Below, piece after piece: positions 25,973 to 39,477 of a stretch of 64,000 nucleotides of DNA. The notes below the pieces were generated by a model that worked only from the letters and a program-made list of their open reading frames with translations, did not search any database and was not told the DNA's origin. Made by a program: the position numbers and the translations under genes. The stretch is from contig NC_043003.1 in assembly GCF_006345805.1 (NCBI RefSeq), positions 114,080,001-114,144,000 on the forward strand. The letters are read 5' to 3'. This DNA comes from Octopus sinensis. Lineage: Eukaryota. Each line of letters opens with the position of its first letter. The first letter of the stretch is position 1.

Positions 25973-27324
25973 TGTATGAGTTAGAGGTTAATAAACCATC
26001 CAACGGATATTAAATATCCAATATACTACTGGATGTGTACCTTCGTATTTTTAACCAAGTGCTTTCTATTATATGGTAATATTGCAATTGAATACAAAGG
26101 ATGGGTGGGTGTAAATTGGAAATTTACCCAGGATTTATAAGGCAAATAAGAAAATGGAGAGGATATAGAATCGACAAACATCAGTCAGTAAACATTCCAT
26201 TATATCTATTTTTTAAATGATAACAAGCATGTTTTCAAGTGGTACAAGTAAACGAATGAGATCAGCCAATAAATACGTAAACAGATATATATATATATAG
26301 AGAGAGATGAATAAATAATAATAGATAAGTGTACAGCTACAAATCACTTACGGCCGTTCCTACCATGCGGCCTCAGAAGCTTTTAAGTCATCCCCATCAC
26401 GTCAGTGATATACAGCGATGAACAAATATTGGACAGAGATTGGATAATGGTTGAGCCTCAAAGCTTCTTCAGGAAGTATAAATTTTAGGAAACTAGCATG
26501 TGGGAAATTCTATTAAGATAATAGAGCAGATTAAATAAAATAAAATATCGTAAAATAGGTAAAATTAAAATGTAAAAATGTTGTCTCTTCATATAATTCA
26601 GCATCCCAGCAGTTGAGAATATCTCCTCGAAAATCACGGAGAGGATTATCATGGAAAACTGATTCGAAAAGTTCAGCTTCTCTATGCAGATTTATAAGTC
26701 TGTATGTATGCGGATAATAATTGATGCAACTGGTTTTGTGAGTTTACGCGTACGTGAGAATCTGGAAATGCCAAGGTTTTCAGAAAAAGAAATCAATGAG
26801 TTAACTCGCACATTACAAATACTGCGTACATACGGACTTATAAATCTGCATAGAGAAGCTGAACCAATTCGGATACGATATGCGTTGAGAATGGAGTGGT
26901 ACCTGCAATCTTTGGGAAAGTTCCTTTCGATGGCTTGACGAAACAGGTTAGGAAGGTTACCTTTTATTTGTATTCCGTATGGAATAACAAACCAAATAGT
27001 TTTACTAGGGTCATGCGATTTATAGGGAGATTTCTCATTAAAAAACACGGAAGGTTTTTTTTAATTTTACAGAAAAAGAGTGGGGAAGTATAGTACGTAT
27101 GGTGGGGAAGAGACCGATAGAATAAGTAATAGGCTTACAGAGTATAAGTCCTGGGATCGATTTGTTGGACTAAAGACGGTGCTCCAGCATGATCGAGATC
27201 AAATGACTGAAACAAATACAAGAATATATGCATACATTCACACCCTTATGACGAGAGACTGAGAAATCAAGGTGTAAATAGAAACCCTTCTTTTACACGT
27301 TGAAATTGTGTTTACACTTTTGAA

Positions 27325-27359
<35 letters not shown>

Positions 27360-27868
27360 ATGCATGTATTTGTTTTATTCTATATATAAATGCGTCACAG
27401 ACACATGCAGATGTATGCAAACCCCTACAACGAACCCACAGCTAACACTTTCTCTTCAACTAGACGTTTGTAGCTTCCAGCAAATCACCGGCACATCTCG
27501 CGCAGAAACGCTCTCTCACTCACTGCCTCACGCACACACACACACTCAAAACTCAAGAACTCAGTCACATGTATACGGAAAACATAGAGAAAATCCCGTA
27601 ACATTTACATACAGAAAAGTTCAAATGTATACATCGCCATACAAAAGAAAACAGATGCTCACATATACTAAGACACACATACAGTCAAACACACATGAAT
27701 ATAAACACACATATATATGCCTGTGTGTATGTGTGTGTATGAGTGTGTATACATATGTATTCATATAATATATGTAAAACATATACAGCAATATGCAGGT
27801 ACGTATATATGTATGTATTTTGCATTTGTATATCTGTCTGTCTCTCTATACGTTAGATAGATAGAAAT

Positions 27869-27907
<39 letters not shown>

Positions 27908-27920
27908 TGTGTGTGTGTAT

Positions 27921-27975
<55 letters not shown>

Positions 27976-28624
27976 ATAATATATATATATATATACATAT
28001 ATATGTATACATATATATATACACATATATGTATGATATATACACATACATGCACGTGAAGCCATTCATAGATACATATAAACACACTCGTGTATACATA
28101 CACACACATACATACAAACAGACAGACATACCGTCCGATGTGGATGTCGGAACGCTCTGCATCTATATTACTCGCTCCTCATTTCCATTCCTCACGTTTC
28201 TCTCTTTCTGCATTTCCCCCATTTTGTCTCTCTTTACCTTCTGACTCTCATCTCACAAACATCTCGTTTATTTATCTGACCAAAATATAAGCTGGCACCT
28301 TTGGCCGCCGGCTGACTTTATCTCTGTCAACACCATAATGTTGTTGTTTTCACTAGAGACTGATCTCTACTGACACCGAATGGAAATACCTTTTCTGTTT
28401 TGTTTTTTTGTCAAACACAACCATCTTCCTACTTATAAAACACACAACTTAACTGCTCACACATACACACGTAATCATATACATGTAGCATACATGATAG
28501 ATCTACATATATAAACATGCATAATACACACACACATACACACGCACGCATATATACACATGTACATACATATATCTTCAGATTCTTATCGATTTAATGC
28601 CAAACCAGTATGCACATACAGAAG

Positions 28625-28910
<286 letters not shown>

Positions 28911-29096
28911 TATATATATAATATATATAATACGTATATATCTGTCCGTCTGAATATCTGTCCGCCTATTCATCCAGGTATCTGTCTGTCTGTCTATTTA
29001 TCCATGTATGTGTGTGTGTGGCTCACGTTGGTGGGGTGGGGGTGTGAATGTGTATCTACATGTATAAATACATTTTTGAATTCGTGTATATATATA

Positions 29097-29216
<120 letters not shown>

Positions 29217-29758
29217 TATATATAGGCACGCACATACACACACACGCACAAATATATGCCCTATATTTGTATATGTATATACGTATATGTATACGTACAC
29301 ATATATACATGTACAGGTTTCTCATATACGTGTGTAGCAGGCGATTCACTTCCGCTGCGCAGACTTCCTCATATGCTGCGATCTTACAAGCAGCGGCAGC
29401 AACAATGCACAAAAACACAAAATCGTAGAGATATGTACCTAGGTATGTGCATGTATTCTGATGCCTATTTGTGCCAGCATTTTGGTTGTGTTTGTAGAGA
29501 GCTGTGAGAGGGTTCGTTATTCTACACACATGGCATCATAAACATCTGCGCCACACAATTCATCGCTGCTCCAACCCATTCGGCAGAGAGACGATGCCCG
29601 GAATCCTTTCCAGATGCTCCGGTTTTACATGTAGAAGTACTTCCATTGTCGATTCAGATCAGTTCTCTCGCTTCCTTCTATTCACATCTAGAAGAGCATC
29701 GCTCTCCATCCAACACCCCCCATACCAGTAATATTTTCTAAGCTTATGCTTTGAAGAG

Positions 29759-30069
29759 ATAAGATTTGTTCGCATGGAATGCAAAATTTCCACAGGAAAG
29801 GCTTCAGTCTTTCCTCGTGTTGTATTTGTGCTGAGAAAAACTGGCAAATGGTGCCAGCGGCATTTATTGAGCTAAATGAGGTTTATGCTCACATAACTGA
29901 TTTTTGCGGGCCTCAATGAAACACGGATAGATTACGTAAAGGATTAGTACCGAAAATGGTTACTCTGGTTTTCACACACATAACACACACATACACACAC
30001 TCATACGTATGATTTCGCTATATATGCACATAATTTCCCAAATAAGCAAGCCCTTCATTTTAGAAGATC
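29759..30069. repeat. Second copy of the 21918-22259 repeat
   Basis: Direct sequence match. Confidence 0.85.
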
Positions 30070-30715
30070 TATAGTCTCGAGTGACATACGGAAACCTTGA
30101 ATGTATTATTGTTGCTATAAATGTTGTTGTTAGTTCCCCAAGAGCTGTTGTTGACTGTTAGGAATAATCTGTTTGAAATAATTTTGTTGAATGCACTTAA
30201 AACACATTGGCTCCATATTCTCAAGGTTGGATCCGCCCTTTTTCTAGAGATGCAGCTCTGGTGTTACCCTTAGTCTTACTGGCTTCATCATCCTTCTTCC
30301 CGACAAAGTGAGTTCGTTCATCACTGAGACAGACGACCATTGAGTATTGTTCTACTGCGATGGCCTTAGACTTAAACAGGATTCCCACTCTGTGGATCTG
30401 CTTTCCTGATAGATAGGCGTTGGGAAAAGCTGCTGCTGCTAGAGGCCTCACTGGAGTCTGAATGAAGAGAAGAATTAACGCTTCTACTCCAAGTCGTAAA
30501 GAATTAAGGCTTCTACTGCCACCACATCGCAGATTCTAGACGACATCGCAGATTCCAGTCATACAAAGCAATAACAAAAGAGTGAAACTTTTGTTTGCAG
30601 AAAAAGGTTTCATGCCGCTTCCATTTGGTATCCACCCCTTCGATCCCACCCACCCAGTGAAGTAAGAATCCTTATTTCAAGAAATTACTCCCAAAGTTTT
30701 AAGAGATTCTCATAC

Positions 30716-30790
<75 letters not shown>

Positions 30791-31447
30791 GCCCTGATGC
30801 AGAACCCGGTTCTCGTAGCTTCTGATCTTAACTGATTTGAAGTGTCACCATGTACATTATTTTTTTCTTGGAATAAAAGATGGGCTACAACAAATATTCT
30901 GCTCAATGCCACAGATTTTCTTGTCAGTTGTTTGACCTTAACCAGTTGATCATGTCCCTTGGTGGCTGACGATATGTGCATCTCTGATGGGTGTTTCGTT
31001 CAACATCCTTAAACAACCCTTATTCAGGGACCTTTTGAGCGGGATAGACTACGGGTAGTCATAATGGGTATATTGGGTTTCGTATATTTGATGGCACCGA
31101 GCTGCTCCCACACACAATAACAATAATAATAATGATTTCACATCTTGGCACAAGGTCAGCAATTTTCGGCGACATGGAGAAAACTCGCGTGTGCAATTAA
31201 AACACCAGTCTCCTCTTTCATATTCTCAAGATTGGAAGCGCTTTTGTACATCTCACAAGGAAACAGAAAGCGGCCTCGATATTATGCAGGGTTAAAGAAA
31301 CTAATGAAGGTAAATGGAAGGGGAAAATACGGATCGAAGCTTATTTTAATTTAGGGTAGCGTCTCAAGTTATCGAGTCATCTTCAGAAACTGTGCAATAA
31401 AGATATTCTACTAACTGCTTCAAAGTAGACACAATTGTAGATCACTA

Positions 31448-31745
31448 ATTGGATTTGGTAGACGGAAACTGAAAGAAGCCTGTCGTATATATGTATATAT
31501 ATATATATATATCATATATATAATATATATATATCTATAATATATATATATATATATATATATTATTTATTTTATAGAAGGAGCTTCTACAGGACTAGAA
31601 CTGCTTCATTCAAAAGAAACATCAGGAAGCTTCCTGATGATTTCTTTTGAATGAAACAGTTCTAGTCCTGTAGAAGCTCCTTCTATAAAATAAATTATGT
31701 ATTGAGTACCTTATTTACTGTGGTTAACCCCGATCAACCCGGGAC

Positions 31746-31786
<41 letters not shown>

Positions 31787-32052
31787 ATATATTATATATA
31801 TATATATGTATATATATATATCTATTTGTGTGTGTGTGCATTTGTGTGTTTGTGTTTGCCCCCCTAGCATTGCTTGACAACCGATGCTGGTGTGTTTACG
31901 TCCTCGTCACTTAGCAGTTAGGCAAAAGAGACCGGTAGAATAAGTACTGGGCTTACAAAGAATACGTCCCGGGGTCGATTTACTCGACTAAAGGCGGTGC
32001 TCCAGCATGGCCGCAGTCAAATGACTGAAATAAGTAAAAGAGTAAAAGAGTA
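31448..32052 (+). mobile_element. SINE family B, 5'-truncated, with nested insertions in its internal microsatellite
   Basis: TGGATTTGGTAGACGGAAACTGAAAGAAGCC at about 31450 and the 3' half at 31850-32052, separated by (TA)n and a palindromic insert. Confidence 0.8.
31629..31677 (+). ncRNA. Type I hammerhead ribozyme with canonical core; degenerate inverted twin at 31582-31630
   Basis: Stem I GCUUC/GAAGC; CUGAUGA at 31634-31640; short stem II UUC-UUUU-GAA closed by U.U; GAAA at 31653-31656; stem III ACAG/CUGU; cleavage triplet GUA, cut predicted after 31672. Confidence 0.8.
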
Positions 32053-33033
32053 ATTGCCAGCGGGTAGTGGTGGTGGTGGTGGTGGTGACTTAAATAGTCT
32101 AACTGTTCAACACTTGGGCTTTTATACTTTTTCCGAACATAGTTTCTGTCAAATACTAAAATCGATCGATACACGGCAGGGAACAGATGGCGGCACTTGC
32201 CCAAGGTGCCGCATATTGAAACCAAGTGCAGAAACACGTGAATACAGAGCGACTGTATTAACTCCGTGTACAACGTCTGCCATCATCACCACGTTAAACA
32301 TATGGAGATGTAATTCTACCAAGCTTAGAACAGAATCAAATAACAATTAACTGAAATGTTTCCTTCTTAATGGGACAAGAGAACGGGGTTTGCGGTGGAT
32401 GGGAATGTAGATACATTCATACATACATGCATATAGGTATATACATATATACACACATATGTGTGCGTAATATGCAGAAAGAGAACGAGGTTTTAATAAT
32501 ACCGACACACAAATATATGTATATATGAATTGTATGTATGCACGCATATGTTGTAAGTTGATTCGTAGGAACAAGGTCTTACACAAACACACACACACAC
32601 ACGTATATTTATGCGCAATAATTATACTCTCGTTCTCTTTATTCATACAACAACAACAACAACAATAATAATAATAATAATAACAATGAACCATAGAGAC
32701 ATCAAACTTATATCAGAGAAATGTAACAAGGCATAGAGTGCCTGCTTCAAGACATGTCTACGCGCTATAAAGTATGATGATGATGATGGTGGTGGTGAGG
32801 ATGATGGTGGTGATGATGATGATGATGGTGATGATGGTGATGATGATGATGATGATGAAACAACAGCAACAACAATAATAATCCTTACGATAATCTAAGG
32901 CTTGTAGAATAATAATTATTTATAAGAACATGACGATGCGGGTCTGTTCACAAACAGTATGTTATTCCCGAGTGATTAATTAGAATATTACCATAAATTT
33001 GCATGTACAATTACGTTATCTCAATGATAACCT

Positions 33034-33063
<30 letters not shown>

Positions 33064-33065
<2 letters not shown>

Positions 33066-33159
33066 CTCACACACACGCACAACGTAACATACATACAGAG
33101 TGAAGAATCACCATATGTATGTGTATGCGTGTATGTGACCGGGTGTATACGTGTGCTTG

Positions 33160-33211
<52 letters not shown>

Positions 33212-33820
33212 TGTGTGTGTTTATGTATGTATGCATGTATGAGGGCGCGGCCGCGTTATATCTCTCCGTTGCAAAGACAAGCGAGAGAGAGCCGAGAATG
33301 GCCAAAGACTGTCAGCCAGGGCTTTAGAGACAACAGGAGACAAGAAGAGATGGCGAAAGACGGCGGCTGAGACCGATTATTATCGGAAGCCCGAGGCTGA
33401 CGAAGGAGGAGAGGAGAGGCGAGACAGTGACCAGACAAAGACTTGCTTAATCAACAGTATGTAAATGACTAGTAGTAGTAGTAGTAGTAGTTGGTGCAGC
33501 AGCAGCAGCAGCAGCAGCAGCTTTGAGTGGAATCCAACAAGATGTTACAATGAGATGGCGACTATCATTTCTAAAAGCATTCTGTACAATCTGGTCATTG
33601 TAAGAGTTGCGTTGTAATAGTGTTTCTCATAAATTATTTATAGACACCCTTCATTTAACTTTGATCTGATGCATATCATAATTACTATATATATATATAT
33701 ATATATAATATATATATATATATACTCTCACACACGCACAACGTAACATACATACAGAGTGAAGAATCACCATATGTATGTGTATGCGTGTATGTGACCG
33801 GGTGTATACGTGTGCTTGTG

Positions 33821-33869
<49 letters not shown>

Positions 33870-34364
33870 TGTGTGTGTGTGGTGTGTGTGTGTGTGTGTG
33901 TTTATGTATGTATGCATGTATGAGGGCGCGGCCGCGTTATATCTCTCCGTTGCAAAGACAAGCGAGAGAGAGAGCCGAGAATGGCCAAAGACTGTCAGCC
34001 AGGGCTTTAGAGACAACAGGAGACAAGAAGAGATGGCGAAAGACGGCGGCTGAGACCGATTATTATCGGAAGCCCGAGGCTGACGAAGGAGGAGAGGAGA
34101 GGCGAGACAGTGACCAGACAAAGACTTGCTTAATCAACAGTATGTAAATGACTAGTAGTAGTATAGTAGTAGTTGGTGCAGCAGCAGCAGCAGCAGCAGC
34201 AGCGTTGAGTGGAATCCAACAAGATGTTACAATGAGATGGCGACTATCATTTCTAAAAGCATTCTGTACAATCTGGTCATTGTAAGAGTTGCGTTGTAAT
34301 AGTGTTTCTCATAAATTATTTATAGACACTCTTCATTTAACTTTGATCTGATGCATATCATAAT

Positions 34365-34368
<4 letters not shown>
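33064..34368. repeat. Tandem duplication of a unit of about 630 bp (33064-33686, 33723-34368) bounded by (TA)n
   Basis: Units are near-identical apart from microsatellite lengths. Confidence 0.95.
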
Positions 34369-34419
<51 letters not shown>

Positions 34420-34428
34420 TACACACAC

Positions 34429-34462
<34 letters not shown>

Positions 34463-35842
34463 ATATTTATGTATGTATGTATATATATGTATGTATACAA
34501 CGCAATATACATTTATATAAATACATACACATGAACATATATACGCACATTAAGTAATTCTTCCGCTTTCCTTTAGGAACTGTACGTGTGTATGCGTCTG
34601 TATTTGTGTGTGTGGTGTGTGTGTGTGTGGTGTGCATGAGTGTATATATGCATAGAATCGCCCGCACGAATTGTGTGTGTGAATTGAACACAAAAGACAA
34701 AATTGGTAAAGAGAGATTGAATGAATGAGAGAGAAAGAGAGTGAGAGAGAGAGAGAGAGAGGGAGAGAGATGGTCATGAAAGAAATTTGGGATGACCGAT
34801 GGTTTGTGGTTTCGATGGTGGAAGGATTGGTCGTTGATCAAGATAACTGCTTAACGAACCTTCTTATTCAAAGGAAGAGGAACTACAACCACGACATCCA
34901 CCGATAACGGGTTCTACATTTCTCCTTCTTTCTCAAGATGAATCATCTTAATCCAAGATCATAATTGACCTCGCTACCCGGAGATACCCTCTTCAGCCAT
35001 ACCCGTACCCACACTGTTACCCCCACCCGTGCCTCATATCTCAACCAGTCGTCATTGTCTTTAAGGGGAACAGCAATGATATCTTCGTGACTAAGATATA
35101 GGATTATAATTATTTCCAAGTTTGACACAACTCCATTTATCTTTTGATGTTGCGTGAATGAGTGGTGTGCATTCATCACAACTGCGGAGTTTATTGGAAA
35201 CAGAAAGATAAATGACATTGTCAACTCTTGCGAGGTTTGAGGACAGAGCTTTAAGAGAATTTATCCCTCTTCATTCTGTTCTTCACCTTCCTTGTAACAA
35301 CAATAGGAATTAAGTGGTTGGTAAAATTTCTAAGGTTGGCATTTCAGTTTTGTGGCATGTATCGACTTCCATAATGTTGTAATATTTCCTTCTCTTAAAT
35401 AATTCTATTTTGTCTTCCGATTTTATCCAATAGTTAAGATTGTGAAACGTGTATTCTTTAGCATGGCCACCCGCGTCCATTCATAGAAAAGCGATACAAA
35501 CTTTCGTGGTCAAAAATTAAACAGAAATCTATGAAGACAAGGCGAAGGTATGTTACACGATTCTAAATAATGGAATTGAATAAAATAATTACAGAAACTA
35601 AAGAACTCCAAGGAAACAAAATAATCCCGGTTATTTCAAAAAATGGAATTTAAATAAAAAGATATAAAAAAACTAAAATAGGCATAGCCCAGCCCACACG
35701 GGCGATAACCCATCAGCCAGGTTATGTCGGAGTAACCCATTCGTTCTGTCAGCTTACAGTATTTGACTGACAATTTCTCGATATTGAAATGATGAGAGGC
35801 GATAATAATCCCGCTGATGATTATCGGTATGTAGCGGGTGAA

Positions 35843-36170
35843 GGCGTATGGCTCAGTGGTTAGAGCGTCGAGCTTACGATCGTGAGGCTGTGAGCTCGAA
35901 TCCCGGACCGGGCTGCGTGTTGTGTTCTTGAGCAAGACACTTTATTTCACGTTGCTCCAGTTCACTCAGCTGTAGAAATGAGTTGCGACGTCACGGGTGC
36001 CAAGCTGTATCGGCCCCTTTGCCTTTCTCTTGGATAACACTGGTGGCGTGAAGAGGGGAGGCTGGTATGCTTGGGCGACTGCTGGTCTTCCATAAACTAC
36101 CTTGCCCAGACTTGTGACTAGGATGGTAACTTTCCAGGTGGAAGCCCGTGGTCAGTGTCGTGACCGAAGG
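35843..36170 (+). mobile_element. tRNA-derived SINE family C
   Basis: A box TGGCTCAGTGG (35849), B box GAGCTCGAATCCC (35892), followed by TGTTCTTGAGCAAGACACTTT, a CORE/V-like conserved domain. Confidence 0.85.
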
Positions 36171-37029
36171 GTGTGTCCCTCAGGCCAGAGGGTCATATGT
36201 AAATACGAAGATATTCTGTGAGATCAATCGCTTTTATTGTAACAGACGTTTCTAAGACAAGAACGAGACCTGAAATTTAGAGAAGAAGAGTTAACCTACG
36301 CCGTCGATTCCTTTACTCAGCTGGTACTTTATTTTAACCGAAAGGATGAAAAGCAAACTTGTCCTTGACCGAATGTGACTTCAGGATGTGACCCTCTCGA
36401 ATCAATACATGTTATTCCACCTGAACTTGTAACGATTCTGCCAATCCATTATTCCTTAATTATTTCTGAGAGAGAAGATCAACAATATAGCGATGGAGAG
36501 TTAATCGATGGCGTCCTACCCTCTGCTTGGCTGGTGCTTTATTGCACTGAGTTACAGAGAACTTAATGCATTAATGTGTTCTGTGATGATCTGTCCTGTT
36601 TAAAGCATCCAAATGTATGTGGAACGTCCAGTGTCGGGTTCCAAGTAATAATAATTGTGTAACGAAGTAGGAACTAATGTAATTTCTCAAATACACACAC
36701 ACACACACGAAGCTAGTGAAGGATCTCAGTAAGACGACTTCGACATATCATCGAATGAAGACGTTTTTGACAAAGCGAGCCTCTTCCATTCTTTACAAGG
36801 AATCTCTGGCAGCCGGGAGGTTTAAGGACCTGTATGCCGGGACTTGGCACCTACGAAAGAAAACACCTCAGCAAAATCATCTTCCCCGCCCTTCTAGCTC
36901 AACGTCTAAACATGCGTGGGGTGTTCCTTAGATTAATAGATAAAACTATTCAATAAAAATAACTTAAGGGTCTCGTTCAACTGTACGCCCAACATATATC
37001 TAAAACAGTTATTAGTGAACGGCCCCAAA

Positions 37030-37490
37030 GCCGTTCGTGCAGAGGAACGATGCTGATATAAGGTTAGCAGTGATTGCTTCGTAAATGATCGATGTAACAC
37101 AGAGGCTATGGTCTACAAAGCAGAAGTAGTGTCCAACAGTAATAGCAACAAAAAGACACATTAGCGGAAATATGTTGGAGCAACGGAGGCACAATTTAAG
37201 GCCAGCATAAATAACCACTGATCTCTTTTTGGATTCTGAAGAAGCACAACATTACAGTATTTGCCAGATATATGTGGCAATCAAAATTGGAGCGAACGCT
37301 AGTTAAGATTAACTGGAAGCTGCTAGAACAACCTGAGCCATACCTTAACTGAAGTAGACAATGCAAATTTTGCTTAGCCGAGAGGACAATTATTCAAAAT
37401 ATTCACACGATCCATGCATCTTCTTGAATTAAAAAACTGAAATTGTGACCATTGCCCTTACGACAGAAAATTTATTTTGGAAACTTAGTA
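37030..37490 (+). pseudogene. Degenerate Penelope GIY-YIG endonuclease fragment
   Basis: Translates to MVYKAEV...KYVGATEAQFKASINNH...INWKLLE...CKFCLAE, paralleling the 15930-16338 region. Confidence 0.75.
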
Positions 37491-39049
37491 TTTCCCATTG
37501 CGGACGAGAGAACGGGGAAAATGTTTACATGTACAGCTGAGTGATCCACTTCGGCCACGGCTGGAATCATACAAGGAGATGAACCCATCTTTTTCTCCCC
37601 CCAATTTTTTTCCGCATCATCCCCTCCAATAAACTAAGATTGTATATTTAACTCTATCAGTAGAGAGGCTATTGTGCTTCCGGCAAGCTAGTCTGGTGTG
37701 ACTTCCCACTGAAATAGTAGACGCGAAACCAATAGTAACTTTCTGACCGGTTAAATGTGACAGCCATAGATACACTATTCGATTGCATAAAAATTTCTCT
37801 TAAGATATTCTTTTTTTTTTCGCATATGGGCGACTGACCGGTGTATATATATACACATATATAATTTGACAATTATTTCCAGTACGTCACGGAACCGCAT
37901 AGAGCTTGTTTTGTTATATGCTGATGGTATTGTTGCTGTTGTTATTGTTAATATGGTTGTATATCTACATGAGTCTTGATGAAGCTGACCGATAATCAAC
38001 CGAATCTATTGTGGCTGTGACCATCCGGTCGAATTATCTTTTTAGCTATTTCATTCTATATTATTCACCTCAACGTTCCACTGTGTACGATATGAGAGGG
38101 ATTTAGTTAATATTTCTTGCAGGTCGAGCAATTAAATAGGGTTTCTTTCGTTGACTCCTCCATATAATGATGGTAGCAGTGGTGATGATGGTGGCTATGA
38201 CGGCGGTGGTGGTGGTGGTTATGACGACAGTGGCGGTGGGGGTGGCTGTAATGTTGGTTATAACACTGGTGTTAATCCCTCTCTCTAAAGTTGTTTCTTA
38301 AAATCTGGCCGTGCCCATCCCACTATATTTTAAGTCGATGTAATCCAATGTGGCCTTCCCTTTTCTAGAACGTCGTATGTGATTACAGAATTATTTGGTT
38401 GCTATTTCAAGCAGGTTGGTGTGACCACGTAAAGGGCACTTCGTTATTATTATCATTGTCGTTGTTTGAAGTGGTCCGTCATCGAACAGAGCTGTAATCA
38501 AAATATCCCAGCCATGGCCATCTCATCCGAAGGAGAGAAAAGCCTTAAGCACTGAAATCCTTTTCTTGCTGCCTGGGTGACTGAGGTAGGACCTAGGTGG
38601 TCGCCCGAATTGTAGAAATAACAACCAAATCGTCCTCAAGTCACAATCTGTCATCTTAGAAAGGGAGACAATGGAGTACTGGGTTCCTGATTAGGGGTTA
38701 GTGATAACAGAGAGAGGGAGTGTGAGGGGGAAAGCGATAAAGAGAGTGAGAGTTTGTGAGAGAGAATTCTGGTACTTTTGGGCTGTAGAAAGAATGTGGA
38801 TGGCTAATTGGGAAGAATATGTGAATGTGTGTGTGTGTTAATACTGATGATGATGATGACGGTGATAGTGTCAGTGGTAGTGGTGAGAGTGATGACCGTA
38901 GTGGTAGTGTTTCGGTAACTGGAGAAGACGAGCAATTCTAATGTGCGCATGCGTGTGTTTAAGTATGAATGTGTTGTGTCTCTGGATAATCGTATGTGCA
39001 ATGTGCATGTGTGTATGAGTGATTGTGTGTATGAATGCATGTGTATGCT

Positions 39050-39080
<31 letters not shown>

Positions 39081-39122
39081 TTGAGAGAGAGAGGAGAGAG
39101 AGATTGAGAGAGGAGAGAAGAG

Positions 39123-39177
<55 letters not shown>

Positions 39178-39477
39178 CTTTCTCGGGACAGATCGTTAGC
39201 CGAAAGTGGACATTGAAGATAAACTCTATTAACTTTAAAAGAATTGTCCAGCTGATATTTCTTCGATGTAAGAGATTAGATTAAGTCTGAGTAACCCTCC
39301 TCGACTTCCCCTTCACACCTCATACACCTGCCTCAAAAAAGGGAATTGGTAAGGCGGACTGAGGGTGTGTTGGGGGGTGGGTGGAGAATGAGATTAAATT
39401 CCGGATTAAAGGTAGACCAAAACTTAGAGAGGATTTGCATTCTTTCTCTCTCTTTCTCTATCCATGTGTATGCCTAT

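Noticed and set aside
33385-33430. CTGACGA...CGAGAC in the duplicated unit
   Set aside because: The purine-only spacer cannot form stem II, and GAAA is absent.
35843-35915. tRNA gene
   Set aside because: A and B boxes are present, but the sequence continues into a SINE body with no acceptor stem; it is a SINE head.
37970-38010. TGATGAAGCTGAC motif, with a similar one on the minus strand at about 42520-42550
   Set aside because: Stems and the GAAA core are too degenerate to call a hammerhead.
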